In this document: positions 56,876 through 64,000 of the stretch, piece after piece | Layout of the letters: each line of letters opens with the position of its first letter | How positions within the stretch are numbered: the stretch's first letter is position 1 | DNA from: Octopus vulgaris | Lineage: Eukaryota | Direction of reading: 5' to 3' | Assembly (NCBI GenBank): GCA_951406725.2 | Contig: OX597839.1 | Span: forward strand, 39,060,001-39,124,000 | DNA: 64,000 nucleotides | Position numbers and translations under genes: made by a program | The notes under the pieces: model-generated | What the model was told of the DNA's origin: nothing | Databases searched by the model: none | What the model saw: only the letters and a program-made list of their open reading frames with translations

Positions 56876-57928
56876 TTTTCTTCGCCGCAGAACATTTTTT
56901 TTCCAGCTTTAAATACATTAGCATTAACTAAACCATTGCTCTGTATTTCACAAGTTTGACGTCTCCGAAATATAATGTATCATTTCACAAAAGAAAAAGA
57001 ATGTAATAAAACGTCTGTTTCCACAAGGTAATAGTAATTGGCGAAAATGTCAGGTTTATTAGCTAATATTTGTGGAAAATATCTCGTATATTAAACAATC
57101 TTTGATGCCAATGTCTAGTCTGTTATCTTTAATTTAAGGACTATGTCTGCTCTATTAAGCAATTTCTGAGACCGATGTCGGATTTATTGAACGAAATTTG
57201 AATATAATATGAGGTGTATTAGCCTTTCATAGATAACAACATCTGATCTGTTGGTACTAATAATTGCCAGAGTGTTGATAAGACTAAATGATGATGTGTT
57301 AAGCATATTGAATTAGTGGTTACGAGATAATAAAGCTGTAATATATTATATATGTATAATCTGTGTATATTTATTTGTTGAGCAAATAAAATTTATTCGT
57401 GTGCGTTCACAAAATGACTTTCAAAGCAAACGGCGAGATATCTAGACGTTGATATTTTCACGTCTTTCGTCATGTTCTAACTATGTTTATCTGTGTATAT
57501 GAATACAGACATTATGTATGTATGTATGTGTGTATGTATGTATGTATGTATATGCACATACATCTAATATAATAAATGCAAAAACTTATTTCTGTGTGTC
57601 GGTGTGTCACACTTTGACTCCCTCACTCACTATTCAATGACACTTCCTCGTGTTGGGGTGAGAGTAATAGTAGGCATAGAGACGGTGAGGGAAGTAGCGA
57701 GGAGAGAGAGCGGGAGAAATAGAAAGAGAGAAAGAGAAAGAGAGGAAGAGAAAGAGAGACAAAAAATTTCCCAAGGTGCCAAATAGTGGAACCGAACCCG
57801 GAACCATGTGGTTGGGAAGCAAGTTTTTTGCCATACAGTCCCGCTTATATTGTGCTTTTTAACAACACACTACTTCTATAGGACCAGGCCAACCCCTGAC
57901 CTTTCAACGATAAACATATGAAATAGTT

Positions 57929-57997
<69 letters not shown>

Positions 57998-57999
57998 TC

Positions 58000-58530
58000 G
58001 TGCGTGCCTGTGTGCAAAATATTCCTTTGTGCATTACACAGCCCTTCATACCAAAGTCTGGCCCTTCTCTCCAGGTTCAGAAGAAAATATTTCAGACCTT
58101 CCCACTTCCAACAGCTGCTGACGCTAAGCAGAGTCCACGAAAGTGGACTACTGCTCCCATATCAGGGACCCTGCTGCTACTACGCATACAGACATCCTGC
58201 ACTGCATCCAGAGAAGGTCCACTCAACAAACTGATCTTCTATCACTAACGGACACACTCCAACATGTGTACTGTCTTCTTTCTCTGTCTTTCCTATAGCT
58301 ACTTTAATAACCTCCGTCCCATGGAACTGACTGGTCTCGTATGTCCACCAATTTAGCATCTTCTCCGACACACTCAAGTTTCCAGTTCGCATCACAATTG
58401 GTACATTCAAAATTCTCGGCCTCCCCTAAGTATTAAATCCAGTATTTACTCTCTGGGACATCGACCTTAAGCAATCTTCTAGTTGCTCATGCTATTCCAG
58501 CTCCAGCAGGTGTTGACGCGCAACAATTTA
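58000..58530 (-). mobile_element. Possible highly decayed LINE (RTE-like 5'/endonuclease region)
   Basis: Higher-complexity island; only faint resemblance to an APE-domain start in ORF 58180-58410. Confidence 0.25.
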
Positions 58531-58612
58531 GGCAGAAAATTAAGAGCATTTACTTCAACAGGATTGTAGATTGTTTCAAAGGCCATGGAGAATGTCTCCT
58601 TAATCCACAATA

Positions 58613-58669
<57 letters not shown>

Positions 58670-58774
58670 AAAAATAGGATAAAATCTTCATAAGAAATTA
58701 TCAAGTAGTTAGCGTGAAAAACCTCATAAGAGAAAAAAAATCCATAAATTTTTTTCACTTAAATATATGCCCTC

Positions 58775-58811
<37 letters not shown>

Positions 58812-58911
58812 TATAAAATGTTATCGTATTTGGGTTGCGTCAAGTCTCTTGACACCCTGGAGTTTTGCCTGTGCGTTCAAAGGAGCATCCAAGTTATGAC
58901 TCTTTCTTCTG

Positions 58912-58946
<35 letters not shown>

Positions 58947-59644
58947 CGTGTGTGAGAGAGTGAGAGACAAACAAACAAACAAACAAACAAAAAGAAAGAG
59001 ATATGCATGAACGGCAGCATGTGGTAGAAACCTCGGAGTAGCAACGATGTGAGTTACAAACACACAAACACACCACACACACATTAACATACCTGCTGAT
59101 AAATATCAAACTTTACAACATATGTTAAGCGCTCTTTCGATTACTATAAAAATAATGTATGCATGTATGTAGCTGAATATGTGTGTGAGTGTGTGAGCGT
59201 GTGTCTGTGTATGTGTGTGAATGTATAGATACACACACACACACATGCTTTATATGTATGCGTTTTTATGGTGATGTAGATGTGCTTGTTGTGTCTATGT
59301 GCGTACGTGTATGTATGTTTAGATGTATATACATAGAAAAGAACAAAGAAATGATCCAATTAAGACAACCATACGCATACACCGCAGGCATGCATCCCCA
59401 TCACCACACAGGCAACCCATACACCCACATATACGACGACCACCACCACCACCAGACACACACATACTCGTAAATTCAACTACATTAAATTTAATCCGGC
59501 CTTCATTGAGCAATGTCTGTGTCAATATTACATCTGTCACATTTAGAATTACAATCTACAGACAGACGTTGTCATATAAATATTTATATCATATAGATAT
59601 TTTAATATATGTATATGCAAATATATATGTAAATATATAAGTAA

Positions 59645-59709
<65 letters not shown>

Positions 59710-59885
59710 TATCTGAGTATCTGTGGATGAGCAGTTTGAGGTAGTGTTATTTTTTTCTTGCTTAGCGGTTTCACCCGTTTTTCTTTTTTTTATGCAAGTG
59801 TTTGCTTTTCAGCACATTTGTTCTCTCTGGATAGACGTGTAATTAGCTGTTAGTACTGTTCACAAAGGAATTCTGGCTTCTTACA

Positions 59886-59934
59886 CTGTCTGATGAGAAA
59901 GACAGTTCTCGAAACAGAATGTACTGTAAAACAG
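59886..59934 (+). ncRNA. Hammerhead-like motif in module 59703-60152 flanked by (TG)n
   Basis: ctgt-CTGATGA-gaa...ttctc-GAAA-cag-aatgta-ctg-TA-aa-acag; stems imperfect. Confidence 0.5.
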
Positions 59935-60714
59935 AAGACACGCTGCGAGATGATATGTTTTCTGTTACAGTTCAGTCATAGACCGGAAGTCATGTTCATT
60001 CTTTCCTTCGGGCTATCCTTTCACTCTATAGACATATCCTGCAGTCCTAAATAATTTTAAATCTTATAATTAATTGGTAAGCAGTTAGTGAAAAGAAAAC
60101 TTGTTAATGGTTACTATTGTGCATCTCGTAGAGTAATTAGTGTCTCATCACCGTGTGTGTGTGTGTGTGTGTGTCTGCGCGCGCATACATATATACCCTG
60201 AATTCGAATTCACGTGATTGCAAAGCGAGCTTCTTAGTCACACAATCATGCCTGCATTTATATATTATGTATCTGGATATACACATATTGTTGCTTGTCT
60301 TTTATTCTTCAATATATTTTATCCTTCTCTTGGTGTATTCTCTTATTCCTATGTTCTTATATTCTTGCATTCTTGTGTTAATGTATTTTCCTATTCATAT
60401 ATTCCTTTATGTCCTATCTTCACGTTATCTTCAGTTGTTGAAACATGGTATTCTTCTATTCATATATTCATGTATTTCTTGCGTTCTCGTGTTACTCTAC
60501 TATTGTGTTCTTGTATTATCGTTGTTTGTTGTTGCTATTTTGTATTCTTGCATTCTTCCGTTTTTTGTATTCCATAATAAGAAGTGAACTAGCTCAACCC
60601 ATACTTTGCGAAGGCGCAACAAAACAAGCAACAATAATAGCCACAACAATAAATGGGAACAAATCGAATAAAAACAACAAAAGCAGCTAAAAGTAACAAA
60701 AACGACAATAGCGT

Positions 60715-60775
<61 letters not shown>

Positions 60776-60776
<1 letters not shown>

Positions 60777-61225
60777 TTCAAATTGTGGCACAAGGCTAGC
60801 AATTTAAGGGGGAGGGTAAGTCGATTACATCGACTGCAGTGCACAACTGATACTTATTTTAACGACCCCGAAAGGATGAAAGGCAAAGTCGGCCTCGGCG
60901 GAATTTGAACTCAGAACTTAAGCATGGACGAAATGATAAAATACAATTAAATTAGCACGCACTAGCGAAATAATAATGATAATTATAATATTTATAATAT
61001 TCATAATCCTTTCTATTATAGGTACAATACAATGCCTGAAATTTAGGGGAGGAGGGTCTATTCAAGTTTCATTGACCCCAGAGCTCGATTGGTACTTGTT
61101 TCATGGACCCTCGAAAGGTACAAAGGCAAAGTCGACCTCCGCAGGATTTGAACTCAAAATGTAAAGGCAGACGAAATGCCAAACGTTTTGTCCAGAGTGC
61201 TAATAATTCTGTCAGCTCATCATCT
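60776..61225 (-). mobile_element. Two SINE family A copies (60776-60935 and 61010-61225)
   Basis: ggcacaaggc...gaccccgaaaggatgaaaggcaaagtc...ttgaactcag. Confidence 0.8.
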
Positions 61226-61234
61226 TAACAACCG

Positions 61235-61274
<40 letters not shown>

Positions 61275-61335
61275 CACCGCCGCTACTACTACTACTACTA
61301 CTACTACTACTCCTACTCCTACTACCACTACCACC

Positions 61336-61373
<38 letters not shown>

Positions 61374-61941
61374 AACAATGCACCAACATCAATTTTCTAA
61401 TATATACCAAAATAGAAGGAATGATAGAAAAAAAATGTCACATCTGCATTGGAACCGGAAACGGAAATAAGGCTTCAACAAGTGTTGCTGGCGATGGAGA
61501 AATATTTAAAGAAAAAAAAAAAATGGCGATAACGAATTTTAACAAATACAACAACCTAAACAACAAACATATCTGAACAACAACTAACAGGAAAGAAAGT
61601 TTATAAATAAAATGACAAAAAAAAAAGAGAAGGAAATAACACATCAATAACTAAAAAAACAACAATAATGACAGCAACAACAACAACAAGTACAATAACT
61701 ACGACATCCAAACTAGTTTTAAAAAAATTTAACTGTGTTGAATTCGTTTGACATAAACTTATAAAATTGCTAATATGGAAAAACTAGGGAAACTAAACAA
61801 GATCTGTTTTTTGATAAATAAAAAAATAAACATATGACATATGATCAGTGTGTATAATGTGTACGGTGAGTTGTATTTATGAGCATACGAATATATATAT
61901 ATATATATATATATATCAGTATATCTGAATAAATGTATACA

Positions 61942-61970
<29 letters not shown>

Positions 61971-61974
<4 letters not shown>

Positions 61975-62164
61975 GTCCCGGGTTGAGTCGGGGTTAACCA
62001 CAGTGAATAAGGTACTCAATACATAGCAGAGTAAAGTAATTTATTTTATAGAAGGAGCTTCTACAGGACTAGAACTGTTTCATTCCTATGAAATCTTCAG
62101 GAAGCTAGCTGCTGATTTCATCGGAATGAAACAGTTCTAGTCCTGTAGAAGCTCCTTCTATAAA
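61971..62164 (-). mobile_element. Penelope-like module with terminal 42-bp inverted repeat
   Basis: 62045-62086 is the reverse complement of 62123-62164; flanked by (TA)n and a 27-bp direct repeat (61917-61943, 62187-62213). Confidence 0.75.
62056..62106 (-). ncRNA. Type I hammerhead ribozyme motif
   Basis: Minus strand: agcttc-CTGAAGA-tttc-atag-gaat-GAAA-cag-ttctagtc-ctg-TA-gaagct; 6-bp stem I, U-U mismatch at the base of stem II. Confidence 0.68.
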
Positions 62165-62213
62165 GTATATATATATATATATATATCAGTATATCTGAAT
62201 AAATGTATACATA

Positions 62214-62348
62214 GCAGGAGTGGCTGTGTGGTAAGTAGCTTGTTTACCGACCACATGGTTCCGGGTTCAGTCCCACTGCGTGGCAACTTGGGCAAGTGTC
62301 TTCTGCTATAGCCCCGGGCCGACCAATACCTTGTGAAAGCCTGTCGTG

Positions 62349-62381
<33 letters not shown>

Positions 62382-62618
62382 GTGTGTGTGTATGTGTGTG
62401 TATATGTTTGTGTGTCTGTGTTTATCCCCCTAGCATTGCTTCACAACCGATGCTGGTGTGTTTACGTCCCCGTTATCTAGCGGTTCGGCAAAAGAGACCG
62501 ATAGAATAAGTACTGGGCTTACAAAGAATAAGTCCTGGGGACGATTTGCTCGACTAAAGGCGGTGCTCCAGCATGGCCGCAGTCAAATGACTGAAACAAG
62601 TAAAAGAAAGTAAAGAAA
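62214..62618 (+). mobile_element. Near full-length SINE family C
   Basis: gcaggagtggctgtgtggt...gggttcagtccc...cttgggcaagtgtctt; internal (TA)n(TG)n; tail gaaacaagtaaaagaaag. Confidence 0.9.
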
Positions 62619-62659
<41 letters not shown>

Positions 62660-62773
62660 TGTATGTACGTTTGATATGTAAGAGCAATTTTACAAATAAA
62701 TGGTTTATAGTGACTTCGAAGTTTCTGCTAACTCGTCTCGTTTTCAGTTGACAATGCATGCAAACACATGCGC

Positions 62774-62818
<45 letters not shown>

Positions 62819-62819
62819 C

Positions 62820-62852
<33 letters not shown>

Positions 62853-63204
62853 ACATATACATATACTATATCATATATATATATATATATATAAATGTAT
62901 GTTTAGATTATATGTAAATGTATGCAGAGAGTGAATATAAATACATCGAAAGTATGTATATATATGCTGAGGAAGTATAGATGCGTGTGAGTGGCGGTGT
63001 GATGTTGAAAATATATTCAAATCTATGTTCTGATTATATATATAAACGTACGTTGAAAGTATATAAATATATATAAATATACATACATACATACATACAT
63101 ACATACATACATACATACATACATACATACATCTTCACGTACCTATGTAATTATATATGTATGCAAAAATAATTGATATACGTATATATAAATGTATGTT
63201 GAAA

Positions 63205-63246
<42 letters not shown>

Positions 63247-63430
63247 GTATATCTAGAAAGTGTATATATTTGTACGTTTAGATTAGTGGAAATATACTTT
63301 GCAGGGATTCTGTAGTATTCATAATCCTCTTGACACTTGTCTACAAGAAGCGATAAGAGAAAATATTTAAAAAAAAAGCTACACAGAGATAAAATATATA
63401 GAGAAATATGAAAATAAAAAATAACGAAAG

Positions 63431-63479
<49 letters not shown>

Positions 63480-63512
63480 CACAATCTGTACTAATTGCAG
63501 AAAAGAAACTCA

Positions 63513-64000
63513 GTGAGCTGGTAATATTGTTAGCACGCCGGGCAAGATGCTTAGCTTCATTTTGCCCGTCTTTACGCTCTGAAATCAATTTCTGCCGAGG
63601 ACGACTTTTATGCATTCAGGGTCGATGAAATAAATACTAGTTGAGCACTGGAGTCGAAGGAATCGACAAGCTCAAATTTTCAGGATTTTTGCCTGCACAG
63701 AAAGTGTGTCAATAGCCAGCTGGAGGAGGTGTCCTCCTGGGGCTACAAGCTACATTAGCATCAACCCTTAAGGGTTAGCCACATTTAAGTGTCAAATATA
63801 CTTCACGATGTCGTGCAGCTACTGTTTATATTTCGCTCAGAGATTTATTATTAATATTATTACTATTATTATTTTTAAAAAAGCAGAGAGCTGGCAGAAT
63901 GGTTAACATGCCGGACAACCTACTTAGCAGCATTTCGCTCTTTACGTTTTGAGTTCAAATTCTCCTGGAATTGACTATGTCTTACATCTTTTTGGGGTCA
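63513..64000 (+). mobile_element. Two degenerate SINE family A copies (63513-63700 and 63884-64000)
   Basis: gagctgg...gttagcacgccgggc and gagctggcagaat...gagttcaaat. Confidence 0.7.

Overview
Eukaryotic, AT-rich, microsatellite-saturated intronic or intergenic DNA. The SINE families and repeat landscape look like an octopus genome (recognition, not a database match). I see no credible intact protein-coding gene; almost all ORFs in the supplied track are read-throughs of (TA)n, (CA)n, (TATG)n, (AAT)n, (GAT)n and (CAC)n repeats. Supported content: at least five tRNA-headed SINE families (dozens of copies, several with clean target-site duplications), a 5'-truncated RTE-type LINE, two fragments of an R4/Dong-like LINE with a restriction-like endonuclease, a hAT MITE, a probable Tc1/mariner MITE, and several local duplications and palindromes. 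The most striking unexplained signal is a set of short, mostly unrelated modules sitting inside (TA)n/(TG)n tracts, many carrying a minimal type I hammerhead ribozyme fold of the kind known from Penelope-like elements and retrozymes. One has a compensatory U3-A8 core inside an interleaved double inverted repeat (39594-40060). Another family has three copies, one of which begins at the predicted self-cleavage site.
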